From Klebsormidium nitens (taxonomy: Eukaryota > Plantae > Klebsormidiophyceae): a stretch of 64,000 bases of DNA. The DNA is taken from contig DF237181.1 in assembly GCA_000708835.1 (NCBI GenBank), positions 62,001 through 126,000 on the forward strand. Reading direction: 5' to 3'. This document shows, piece after piece, positions 1 to 12,000 of this stretch; within the stretch, counting starts at the first letter, position 1, and every line of letters starts with the position of its first letter. Below the pieces are notes generated by a model. The model searched no databases. It worked only from the letters and a program-made list of their open reading frames with translations, and was not told where the DNA came from. Both the position numbers and the translations under genes were made by a program.

Positions 1-526
1 CCCGGTTCTGCTTCAGAAGCACATCTGCGTGGACCTCATTCGGTGTGTCAACCTTTTTCAGAGACAACCTGCTCTTCTCTTCCAATGTATGGCCAGGTGC
101 ATTCAGCTTTTTCCCCCTGCCACCGTCGGATTGACGCCTCTGTGCTTCAGTGTGAGCATTCTCCTTCCGAATATCTGTGAGCCCAGCAGCTGCTTGAGGC
201 TCATTGGTGGAAAACATAGTCAGAGAAAGCTTGTTTTGAGGAGCGGCGCTGGCGGACTACACATGTGCACATAACTTGGTTTGCTTGGTGATCAGGCTGG
301 AGTTCTGCAAATGCTTGTGGACCATTCAAACATGAGTTTCAACCACCGCCAAAAACCACGATCGCACATAAGCAAGCATTGCTCGACGCCTGTACCTCAG
401 GCCAGCGAACAGAACGAGAGCTCCTTCTTCCACGGTCAGTGGCAGCCTGCCAGGCTGGAGTACGGGAATCTTTGGTGGCGATCGCCCGCGCCAGCTCCCA
501 GCCTTGCGCCCCTACTTCAATGAAGT
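1..526 (-). CDS. Probable partial gene of unknown function running off the left edge; exons 526-396 and 256-1
   Basis: Two phase-compatible open exons with canonical sites: ttag|AC..GAG|gtacag (FIEVGAQGWELARAIATKDSRTPAWQAATDRGRRSSRSVRWPE) and tgtag|TCC.. (SASAAPQNKLSLTMFSTNEPQAAAGLTDIRKENAHTEAQRRQSDGGRGKKLNAPGHTLEEKSRLSLKKVDTPNEVHADVLLKQNR, open to the edge). Upstream exons are unresolved and no homology is recognised. Confidence 0.4.
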
Positions 527-1139
527 CTAAGAAAGAAGTGCTTCACCTCATCAGATCATGCTGCTCAAAATTGCCCCTGGCCTGCGAGTCATTCAATTTC
601 GAGCATTTTGTAAATTTGATGCGAATCAGCTGAATCCTGATGCTCAGTCTGCACTGCTCAGTGCTGTGTCAGTGTCTCTTGTCAGTGTAACGTTGTTCAG
701 TGCACTGCGCCCGGTCTCCTGAGCCCCGGCCCCCACCGGGTATAGTCCTGTACCCCGACTCCCTTGGCATTTTCCGAGCAGCTCAAGTGTGCTCGGTCCG
801 GCACCCAGGGCCGTGATTGAATCTACAGAGCGGCGTACACCGTACGAACTGGATCTCTGAAAGATGCAGAGTGTCCCACCGATCGCCTTGGCCGGCCTGA
901 CCCTGAGGCCTGGGCTCGATGGTGTCAGGAATGCCGGTAGCAAGTAACCTCATGTGTGGCCGGTAGAACCAACTGCCCAGCTTCAGTGCTCGGTTGGAAC
1001 GTACGTATGTTTTCCTTTGGCCGGGCGTCATGCTGGACGTCAGTTGATGACTCAGTTGAGTGCGCCGCATGCACATTGCACGTACCAATTGCAACTTCCA
1101 AGTCCACAGGCTGAAGCCTGACGAGTCACGACCGTCACA

Positions 1140-1194
1140 ATGTCAATGCGGTTTGGTCGGTCGCGAAATGAAACCATGTCAATGCGGTTTGGTC
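1140..1194. repeat. 19-bp perfect direct repeat, 2 copies (ATGTCAATGCGGTTTGGTC), period 36
   Basis: Identical copies at 1140-1158 and 1176-1194. Confidence 0.9.
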
Positions 1195-1908
1195 ACATTT
1201 GGTGAGAACAGGCCCGGCCCCTTCGAGTTTGCAGTCATGCGTAAAATGCAGGTCGTAGGATACTGTTTAATGAGATCCAACGGTTCAAAGTCCTTTCAGA
1301 AGTCGGATCCCCGCTGAAAGATTAGCACATTCAGCCTGAGGCCCTGAGCATGATTGACACCGGCTCCGTACTGAAAGTGTACATGGTGCACCGAGCAAAT
1401 CTACCGTCCTAGCACGACTTCCCGACCATCCACCCGGCGCTCACCGGGAAGAAAATGCGCTACGTCTATGTGCTGGCGAACGCGAATTGCGGCCGGTAGT
1501 CTAGCTCTCCGGCCGATCCGCTTTGGCCCCGCTCTGGCGCTCTGGCCCGGCCGGCCCTGTAGCTGGCTTGCCCGGGCGGCAGCAATACGTGATCGGAAGA
1601 ATCGGCCGGGCAACTCCGAGTCTATACAGATGGTAGTGTCAACGTCTGGGCGGCTAACCGCGGCCGCCCGCGCCGCTGCCAATCATCATTTCAATCAGCC
1701 GGGACCGCCTAGGCTAACTGCTGGCCCCAGAAGCTGCCTACCCTAGTTCCGACAACTTGGCAATGGTAAATATGACCATTAACGCAAGGCTATACCCGGT
1801 ATGAACATTGCCGCTCTAGTTTTAACGAGCCATGACCATTGCTCAGCGCTTGGGGCGCAGCTTGCTCGCACGAATGATGAACAGGTTCAAGTGGCATGCT
1901 CATATTAA

Positions 1909-2658
1909 GGTGGTAGGACGGTAATTCAGGTTGGATTGACCCTGGTTTACGTTCTGGTTCATAGAATGTTCAAAACTAAACCAAATCAGGTTTCGTCTTC
2001 TCCAATGGCTTCGAGACACCCTCGGGGTCCTCTCGAAGCTCCTCTAACCACCTCGAAGTAGTTTGGGTCAGTCTGAGAAACCCTGCCAACTCCAAACAAC
2101 CTGGTTCAAAGGGGTATTTCCATTGGATTTTCTGCCTGTCAACTGCCACGATAAATTTCCTTCGAACAAGAGGAAATCACCTTCGGGGCAAGCTGGGATG
2201 TCAAAAACATTTTTCCAAAAAAAATCTGACGGAAATGTGCACCGCCAGGGGGGAACATACCTGGTCAACAACCTGAGAAAAAACCATTTTGAGCATATAA
2301 GCTGGGAGTTTTGACCATTAACGGTGCACATTTTCGTCAATATTGTGATTTAACCGTTCGATAGACATCCCAGCTTGCCCCGATTCAGTTTTAGGGGGGT
2401 CAATGAGAATTCTATCATTTCGTTTTTCTGACGGCCAAGGGTTCATGTAGGGGGGTAAATGTTCAAACTTCCTCACTTCAGACTTTCCTCGACAAGTCGT
2501 CAGTGAGTTCGAGGTGGTCCCAGAGTGCTCGAGGGGGCCTCCTTGGTCCCCCCCGAAAGATGCAAAAGACGGGACTCGATTTGACCACGTTATGACCAAG
2601 TTACGCCCCTTCAAACCCTAGAAACCCTCTTTTCTGGCTGAATTACCGTCCTACCACC
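1909..2658. mobile_element. Non-autonomous DNA transposon/MITE, 750 bp, 21-bp perfect TIRs, TTAA target-site duplication (Kolobok- or piggyBac-type), quasi-palindromic interior
   Basis: TTAA(1905-1908)|GGTGGTAGGACGGTAATTCAG(1909-1929) ... CTGAATTACCGTCCTACCACC(2638-2658)|TTAA(2659-2662). Internal inverted pairs at 2047-2057/2508-2518, 2184-2202/2364-2382 and 2227-2244/2322-2339. No transposase ORF. Confidence 0.88.
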
Positions 2659-3016
2659 TTAATTCGATAGGTAAATGAACCATTGGCAAGATGTTGCTGA
2701 AGCGAGGGTGGATTGAGCTGCGAAGAAGCCGACTGTCTTCTTTGATTTCTCGATTTCCAGTTTTGAAGTCTCTTGCGATGTGAGCATTTAGTGAAGTAGT
2801 GGAAGGCACTTTGAGCAGCATCCTTTTGGTCTGCTCCAATTTGCAAATTGCAAACTCCTCAAATGTAGCAAGATCTTGGCAAGCAGCAACTTGGATTAGG
2901 TCGAAACTGCTTCTGAGAGCTGCAGAATTCCATCATAGCTTGCAGATCAGATGTGCGAAGCTGCGCTCTGCTACTTGAACTTCTGTCGGCGGAGCAATCA
3001 ATCAACTTGAGAGGGG

Positions 3017-6000
3017 ATGGTGAGGTTTTTTCTGCTCCGACAGATCTCGGGAGCAGATGTGAATGATGTCTTTCAATGAATGAATGAACGAATGTATAAG
3101 TTCAATCTGCAGCTGTCCTATGTTGGGGATGATTCGGGTTTTCTTGGACCTGCATTCTAATGAGCTCCAGTAATTGCTTTCAGTAATGAAGCATCTGAGC
3201 ACTATTAGATGCTCGACTGCCAGAAAAGCTGGACAGTTCTCCCAGTGGTCCTTGATCAAATCAGACCACATCCATTGATTGCAATTTATGTCAAAGGACG
3301 AGACATTATGCTGTTGGTTTGCCCTGGCTCCTGGGAGCACATCTGAAAGCTCACTGTCTTTCGCATTGATGCATCTGGTGTGGGGTGCGTGCATGGACCT
3401 CGCTTGCTGCCGATTTGCAGGAATCGTCAGCCGCCCTGTTGATGTCCAAGCGGTCATCATTCTACACCTCAAGTGTCGTCAACATTTCCTGCAATCAACG
3501 AAGTGCTCCGATCGGACATTTTGCTCCGGCTGCCATCACAAGGGCCAGCCAGATTCAAACGAGGAAGCTGAACGCTGTGAAGGGAAACCCCCTGAGGCGG
3601 GATTTTCTACCGTCGCACCAGCCATCAAATCTGGCGACCCGCGAGAGCTGCTTCTTTGGCCAGTGAGTGGGACGCTCCCTCCTTGATTTATGTCCACTGC
3701 CAGGGCCACTTCCGGTGCAATTTGAGCATTCAAAAATGCGAGGTTTTTCTTTGGATCGCCGCATGTGTGGATCTATCCTCTGAGACCTGAGAAACTGATT
3801 GGGTCACTGTCGATTGATTGGATTGCGACTTGAGTCTCAAATGTCTAGCTCAATATGGCAGAGGTTGGTTTGAGCAACTTCAAAGGCGCTTTTGACGCAG
3901 GGGTGGTGCAAGGCGGTTGGCAGGGGCATCGGGTGCATCTCGGACTCTCATCAATGTTCGGAGCCGGATTGTAGGATCATCCTTCAAGGTGAGAATCAGC
4001 GCCATGGTATTCACAGGATATTGAACTTGGTCTGTCCCTGATAAGCCGGGTAGCATCACTGGAACTGATCGCCGAGGTTTTCCTGTTGATCTAAACAGAG
4101 GCAACAGAGAATGCACCGTCTGCTTGCTTGTGTACCATCCCAGATTTGCCGTGACACCTTTGCAAAGCCTTCTAGATATTTTTCTACATGCACCATTTAA
4201 GGACTTGCAACCAACTTTCCTGCTTTCGTTTGCCAAGACCGAACCGGCTGCGTCAGAATCAGCACCTGGGGAGCGCGCCGGTGGTGTGCTTGAGGGCGAG
4301 AATGGCACCCTTGCCAACAGCAGCGATGTGGAGGCCCTCAGGGCGGCCCTGCAGGCGGCAGAACAGAAGGCCAAGGCGGCAGCCACGGAGAAGGAGAAAG
4401 CTCTGCAGGTAAGGGCACTTGCTGCCTTTACCACTGGCTCCAGGAACAATGGAATCCCACGATCGTGTGGCTTTTGGAAAACGCGTCTCTTTGTATGGGA
4501 TGCATCTTCCTTGCTGAATACAACCACTGGCCAGATAGTGAGGTTTGGCAGCACCAGCGTCTCTCCTTATAGCAAGTGAAGATATTTGCAGGTCTTGTAT
4601 CCTTCTGACGCTTCGTCACACGATCAGCTTCCATCAAGAACGTCCACCTCAACATCAGTTCCACTTGCTCGAGATGCAGACTGCAAGTAGTACTTTCCAA
4701 CACCTCACTCATTGTGACCAGCAAGTATCACTACTTTTCCTTAAAATGCAGCCACCTCAGGCCTGCATCGTATCCTGCAAAGCAAGACGTCACTGCTTCA
4801 TGCTCCTCTTGGGCAGTTCTTTGGATCACCAATACAATCACACCCATCCTATCCACCAGGCTCTGCATGACGCGGAGAAGCGCATTGAAGAGTACGCAGC
4901 CAACATGATTGCAACCGCTGAGGAGGCAATGAATGAGGTGGAGGGCGCCAAGGAAACGTTCCGTGCAGAACTAGAGCGCGTGAGCCAGGAGAAGCGCGAG
5001 GTGGAGGCCAAGCTGGCTGAGGCTCAGAGCGATGCTGTGCAGCTTGCTGTGTAAGGGATCTCACCCAAAGTGTATCTGGGATTCTGGGGCATGCTCAGGG
5101 TTCTGTTTTGAGAGCTTTCTATCCATGGAACCCAGACCCGAACAAAGCGTTTGGTACAAGTTCAGTTGGGATCTGGGCTCCGACTCATCATCGCCTGACT
5201 TTAAGGATGTAACGTTTTGCCTCATATGTCTTGAGCCAAGAAGTTTAGCCAGATTGTGCAAGTCGAGCTCCTGAAGACGAGTTCCTGATGTGCAGGCGCG
5301 TCGAAGAGATGGCCGTGAGCGCAATCAAGGAAAGGGCCGAGGCCTCGGCAGAAGACGCCTCGTACCGCATCGCGCAAGCGCAGGCCATGGCCGCAGATGC
5401 AAAGGTTGCAGTCGAGCAGCGCATCCGGAAGGCGGCAGACGAGGCCGCCGCGGCGGTGATTAACGAGGCGCGGGCGACAATCGAGGACGCGCTCGCAGCT
5501 GCGTCGCTGGCGCAAAAGCAGGCGCGCTCGGCGGAGGCCGCGCTGCAGGACAACATGGGGGTGTTGGACAAGTTGGCGCAGGCGGAGGCGGATGCGAGTC
5601 GGTCGGAGCAGGCGCGCGCAAGGCTGGAGAGCGAGCTCCGCGTTGTGCAGATGGAGGTGCAGCGGCTGCGGGATGAGGTGATCCAAGCGGAGGCGAGGGC
5701 GAAGTCCGCGGAGGCGCGCATTGCGGCGGCGGAAGCGGCTGTGGCGGAGATCCAGCGGAATAGCGAGGAAGTGGCGGGGAGGCGGGAGAAGGAGCTGGCG
5801 GGCGCGCTGGAGTCGTTCAAGCTCGCGGCGCAGGCCAAGGAGGACGCGGTGCGCATCGCGTACGAGAACGAGAACGAGAAGCTACGCAAGGCGACGGAGG
5901 CGGCGCAGAACGCGGCGAAGATGAAGGAGACGAGCTGGGAGCGGCGGTACCGCGCGCTGGAGCAGGCGCTGCGCGCGTCGGAGCAGCAGGTGGACGCGTG

Positions 6001-9000
6001 GCGCGCGAGGGCGGTGGCCGTGGAGGATCTGATGAAGCAGGTGGGCCGGAAACGCATTTGGACGCTGACCGGCGGCTACTTTTTCTTTGGAGGGCGAGAA
6101 GGGGTTCCCAGACTTTATTGTGTCCGACAGCCGCCTCTGCTTCTTTTGAACCGCTCCCAGGTTACACCAAGACCTTTCGTTCGAGTCCCGTGTTCGAGGC
6201 AACGTTTTATTCCATACCTTTGTTCGAAACTGAGCAAACGGACGCTCGGACTCCGCTTTCAAAAGAACAACAAACGGCCCTCTCCATTTGGCGCGGGAAT
6301 GGTGATGGTTCAATTCTTGTTCCATTGGGGCGGCAATGGCGATGGTTCACTCTTGTTCCAACCCTTGTGGTATTGAGTTGTCTTCGCCTTTGACCCGTTG
6401 TTCATTCATGGCTCATCTCTTCCTTCCATGCCTTCCCTCTATAGGTGAAGGCCAAGGGCTGCACATGCTGGGGGCAAGGCACTTCATCTTTCAATCCCTT
6501 TCCAAACCTTTTGGTTTCTCCTCGGCCTTTTTTTCATTGACCCATTTTTGGTTCTTAACGCCTAGATTCTCACCCCTCGCACCTCCCCCCCCAGGTGAAA
6601 GCCAAGGGCTTCGACGTTCTGCGCGAGGCGGGCGAGGCGCGCGACCTCTTCAACGGCGGCCGCATGAGCAACATGCTGCTGTCGGACTCGCAGCGGTGGG
6701 AGCTGCTGGCCAACGGGCCTCGCCGCGACTCGCCCTTCAATGTGCCCAAGTACGGGCTACCCACCCGCAGCAGCCAGCCTGCTATTGATGACGTTCCGGT
6801 GGAGCTGCCATCGCCGGATTCCGTCTGGTCCATCGCCGACTTCATCATCCCGACCCCTGCGGTGAGCCTGGCCCCTGTTCTGCTCTACTTGGAGCGAGCT
6901 CCTGCATTCTGCCCTAGTTGAAGTTTGCGCCTAGGTTGTCGTGGGTTTTTGTTCACAAGTGAGGCAGCTTGTCAATCAAAGACTCCTGACTCAAGAAAAT
7001 GCCGCTTTACAAAGAGCTTTGTTCTTAGAAATCGCACGCAATGCGTATGGACGGGCTTACAGTGTGCTCGTCTCTACTCTGCCGTTCCATTTGACAAAGA
7101 CATGCAATATAAAACGCTCCTGCTTTCGTTTCGTAGGGCCACCTCTTGAGGTGTTCGACGGACCAATCTTCAAAATCTGATATTACGTGCCAATCTGCAC
7201 TCCGGTTTCTTACTTGCTCACCCTCTGGTTTGCTCATCGAGAAGCTTACAATAGCTGGCAACCCAAAAAGCCGCCAACCTCTTTTTGCAGCCCGTCAAGC
7301 CCGAAGAGAAGGAAGAGCTGACCCGGGAGGTGGAAGACCGAGTGGCCATTGAGAAGGAGCGGCAGCGCTTGGAGCGCAGGATGCTGCGCCACAAGCGGGA
7401 GAAGCCGGGCGAGTCCGATGTTGGAACCGACGACACTTGGGGTAAGTTCTACGGGCAGAGCCGCTAACTTGTGAGCGGCGGGTTTTCTTTGTGTGCTCAC
7501 GAGTCTGCTGCTGTGCTAAAGCACTTTGAACTTGTCAGGCTTCACTCATTTGTTCTCAAGCTGCTTCTTGCGACGGATCCCCGTCTCTCTTTATCGAAGG
7601 GCTAGAAGGGCTATACTTCAAACAAGGGGAAAAACGAGCGACAAGCAACGCAGAGAAAGGAGGGAAAATATCACGACTCGAAACAGAGGAAACGAAAGCA
7701 GAAGCAGTTGTAAGATGGTTGAGCAAAGCGCTGTGGAAGGCCAATCTGTTCCCAATCGAGATCCATTATCGATTGGAGACCGCCTGAGTCTTCGATTTCC
7801 CATCACGGTCCAAATACCTTTTGAGTACGCTTCTTCTCCAGCTAGACCAACTTCTGCACTTTCTGATCCACCGTGAGGACTAGAAATCCCTCAATGTTTT
7901 TCGCCGACCGATCTCCACACACTATGATTAGACGCGAAACTTGACATTGCTTGCTGAAGTGCGCCTGTCTCACCGCAGAGTCTGGCACGGGTTCCGGGGA
8001 GGAGATCGTGTTCCAGGGCTTTCACTGGGAGAGTCACCGCCACCCGTGGTACCAGGAGCTGGCTGCCAAGGCCGGCGACCTCGCCGAGTGCGGCTTCACA
8101 ACCGTTTGGCTGCCCCCGCCTACCGAGTCGGTCGCCCCGCAGGGTATGCCCCTGCAAACCAAGCGATCGTTTCGAGCGTCTTCAATACGGGCTGAGATAA
8201 GACCAAACTGAATATCATCGTTTCAAAGATGGATTGTACTATAATCATCGTCTAGAGAGGATCTGGCTAACCCATACTTCAGATAAGAGCTATTTTTGCT
8301 ACCCTTCAGATAAGCTCGTCTAGGGTTGACGGGCTCCTCTGAGTTGGTGCCAAAATCGAGACTTGCGGTTGCAACGGACAGGTGTGAACGAGTCTGATCA
8401 TCTAGCATGCTTGAGTTCTAATGCTAATCTCACGTATCCGCATGCTGCTCGTCGCTGGTGATGCTGCAGGGTATATGCCTGTCGATCTCTACAATCTGAA
8501 CACTCCGTACGGCTCGCAAGAGGAGCTTAAAAAGTGCATAGACGCGATGCACGAGCACAACATCCAGGTAAAGTCGCGCTCTGTCGAGTTCCCGAGACCG
8601 GGGCCGGTCGCTTGCTCCGCTGATAGTCTCCCGTTCTGGATGTTTATTTTCCAGGGTACATGCCCGTCGATTTCTATAACCTCAACTCGGCCTACGGGTC
8701 GGTGGACAAGCTCAAGGCTTGCATTGCGGCGTTGCATGACAAGGAAATCCAGGTGAGAGATTGGGAATCATCAAAGCTGCGTGGAGGCACGGCGAACCGT
8801 AACACTATCTGGGCGTGCTCCAGCTTCGCACATCCTTCCCTGCAGGGCAAGAGGCTGATTCTGCAGGTAGTAGATTGACAAGCATACCCCAGTATATCTG
8901 CACTGTAAGGCTCTTGCCAGGTTATAGTGTTAGCAAATGACCTGGCACACAGCAAGTTGGAAAGCTCTTGCAGATCGGCTTGCAGACGTTGTACGTCCAG

Positions 9001-12000
9001 GACGCCAAAGTCGCAGACCTGAGATTTCTGCAGACCATTAATTCCCCATCTTCATTTGTCTCTCGGCTCTGCCGCGGTCATTCGCCTTTAATCAGCGGGG
9101 CTTGTGACGTCGATTCTTCCTATCCTACAGTGAACCCCCTGAGCAATCTGTTAGCTTCCTTTCAATGCCCTGCCGTCAGCTCCTTTTGATGCCCCCGTCT
9201 CAGTTTTCTGTCTCCAATACTTCGTCTCCATCTCCTTTGAATCGCTCAAGTTCCCTCGTCGTTGGAAGCTTTCCCACATTGTTTGTGCGTTGTTCTGCCC
9301 TTCTCATCGCGCACTTCTCACGATCTTCAGAACAAACACCACTTCGAGGTGCTGGTCGTGACCCTAAGACGACGAAACCCGAACTTTTGAAACCTGGAAG
9401 CTTTTGGAAACCCTGTCATCTTCATGCTTGCAGGTTTTGGGCGACGTCGTTCTGAACCACCGCTGCGCATCGAAGCAGAGCCCCGACGGCACGTGGAACA
9501 TCTTTGGCGGCAAGCTCGCGTGGGGCCCCAACGCGATCGTGCGCGACGACCCCAACTTCAAGGGGCAGGGCAACCCGTCGAGCGGCGACATCTTCCACGC
9601 GGCGCCCAACATCGACCACTCGCAGGCAGGCAAACCGCAAAGAATTGAACCACTGATGGTCGATATGGTTTGTGTCACTACCCGTCTAATTGTTGACGAC
9701 AAAGATGGACACATTGAAAGTCATTGTTCTCGAGAGGTTTTGGCCACATTGACCCAAACCTAAAGCAAAACCCTGGCATATTTTGCAAGTGGACCGCTCG
9801 TGGTCAGAACCTGCCGACTGGGATCGTTATGTGAGGTTCGGATGGCTGTGACGCAGTTTCGGCCGTCGTAAACATCTGCGATCCGCTTGCAGGAGTTTGT
9901 GCGTCACGACATCAAGGGTTGGCTCGAATGGCTCCGCAAGGACATTGGATACGACGGCTGGCGTCTCGACTTCGTCAGGTGAGCGCTGATTGGGCAGTTG
10001 ACCGGCGATGCAACTTGGTGCGCGCTCCCTTGTGCAATTCCTCTTTTATTAGACTTATTTTTGCGCTATCAATAGATTTCTTTGCAAGCTGGTGACGACC
10101 ACGTGTCATGAGAACGTGGCACGTTTCTTCTTCACAGGACGCTTCGGGTCGTCGTCTTGTCCGGTTGTCAGCTTGTTAACTAGACTCTCGGGCTTCGGTC
10201 TTTCTAAAAGAGGACTCCGTGTTGTCCATGGCACCAGGCACTGGAGTGAGTCTGTGCCTGAATTCAAACGGTGGGGTTGAGAGGTGCTTCGAGCGCTGTC
10301 AAAAAGCACTTCCGCTCAAACGGACCGAGCTTTTTCCGCGTCCTTGGCTGACAAGAAACTTTTCTGAACGTCACAGGGGCTTCTGGGGCGGCTGGGTGAA
10401 GGAGTACATCGAGTCCAGCAAGCCCAGCTTTGCCATCGGCGAGTACTGGGACAGCCTGGCGTACGAAAACGGGCAGGTCTGCTACAACCAAGGTGCGGCC
10501 GGCTCTTCAATCTTTGTTCATTTGAGCACCTCACGCTCATTGCGCTTGCCAAAGTTTGCCACATGGTCGTTTCTCTCCTAAGTTGCTTTGGAGGCTCTCG
10601 AACCTTGTTTGTTGAGTACCTCACGCTCGTGGGGCATTCCAACGTTTGCAACCATGGTTCGATTTCTCCAATTGTTTCATTGAAAGCGAACGGTAACTTG
10701 GCCTAAGTCTGAGCTCCATTGGTAGACTGAGAGTGCGTTCTTCTACGAGCCTCGTCAGGAAAGCTTTTATGAGATGCGGAGAACCAAGTCACACCCTTTT
10801 CCAATACACACAGCGACAGCGCATTCCCCCGACTTGAAAAGTACACCCGTTGAAGCCTGGTCCAGTCCAACATACGCGCTGAGTCTAGTTCCTGCCACGT
10901 GGCATCGCTCGCCTAGCTGCTAACGTGTTGCTGACGTGTCATTCGTCTATGCAGATGCACACCGGCAGCGGATCATCAACTGGATCAACGCCACCGGGGG
11001 CGCTGCTTCAGCATTTGACGTTACGACCAAGGTGACTTGGCGCTTATCTTTGTCATATCCACTAGCGTCCTCGCTTTTCGACTGTTTTCATGGTTCGTGC
11101 AAAGGGCCATTCATAACTATGGACAGCTCCTTCTCCGACGTAATGATTGAGAAAGTAGAACGGGTGTGCTAGGCAACCAGTGATCAGTGGCATAAGCAAC
11201 ACCACAAGAACTTCCAAACTTTCTTGAAAATTGAGCCTTCAGTCTAGAGTCCGCGTGTGCACGTGATTTGGAAAGGCTGCACTTATCAGAGATGAGCTTG
11301 TTCTGCGAAGTGTCGTTCTGCGATTGGGTCCAGCAAAAAACTTTCTGTCGTCAAGCATCGCGTCCTTGACTCGCTGGCCAAATCCAGGCGGGTACAACAT
11401 CTGCCAATGCGAATCCTGTTTCATTACAAAGCCTCCACTCTCTCTTCGGCACGTAATCCGCTACATCCGCCAACATTCTGAGACTCCCAGCCGTATGATC
11501 TGCCAGTTCCTTCGGGCATTTTTCAAGCGATCGTCCGTTTACCTCTGCAGGGCATCCTGCACTCGGCGCTGCACAACGAGTACTGGCGCCTGATCGACCC
11601 CCAGGGCAAGCCCCCCGGGGTGATGGGCTGGTGGCCGTCTCGCGCGGTCACCTTCCTCGAGAACCACGACACCGGCTCCACCCAGGTCCGACATCGTGGC
11701 CGTGACCAGGATCCTTTACCCCTTCTAGTTCAACTACTCCGCTGAAGTGTCGGTGAATGGTGGCGTTCCGCCAGAGCAATAAGGAAGCTGCTCCGTATAG
11801 GAAGCGTTTGTCGAGAAAGCAGGTTGTGGGCTCGGAAAGCTTGCAGCCGCATCGCATCGCTTGTGGAGTATCATAGCCCATAGAAACATTCGTCACCCTG
11901 CGCTTGGCGCGCTGAGGGAGTCCCGAAGAGCTGTAAGAGCTACCGGTCACCTTCTGCCGTCTCGATGCTCCTGGTTCGCATTTCGAGCTTTCGCGGCTCT

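Noticed and set aside
644-943. Minus-strand ORF (..SVDSITALGAGPSTLELL..) faintly reminiscent of phage tail-fibre motifs
   Set aside because: Resemblance covers a few residues only; there is no viral context, and the region is more plausibly intron or 5' part of the left-edge gene.
1400-1418. CTACCGTCCTAGCAC, similar to the TIR of the 1909-2658 element
   Set aside because: Partial match only, with no partner repeat or TTAA flank.
5222-6057. Long antisense ORFs (270 aa, 154 aa) opposite the amylase coiled-coil exon; similar ones opposite CHC exons (e.g. 61031-61627, 55917-56291)
   Set aside because: Expected shadow ORFs of GC3-rich coding sequence.
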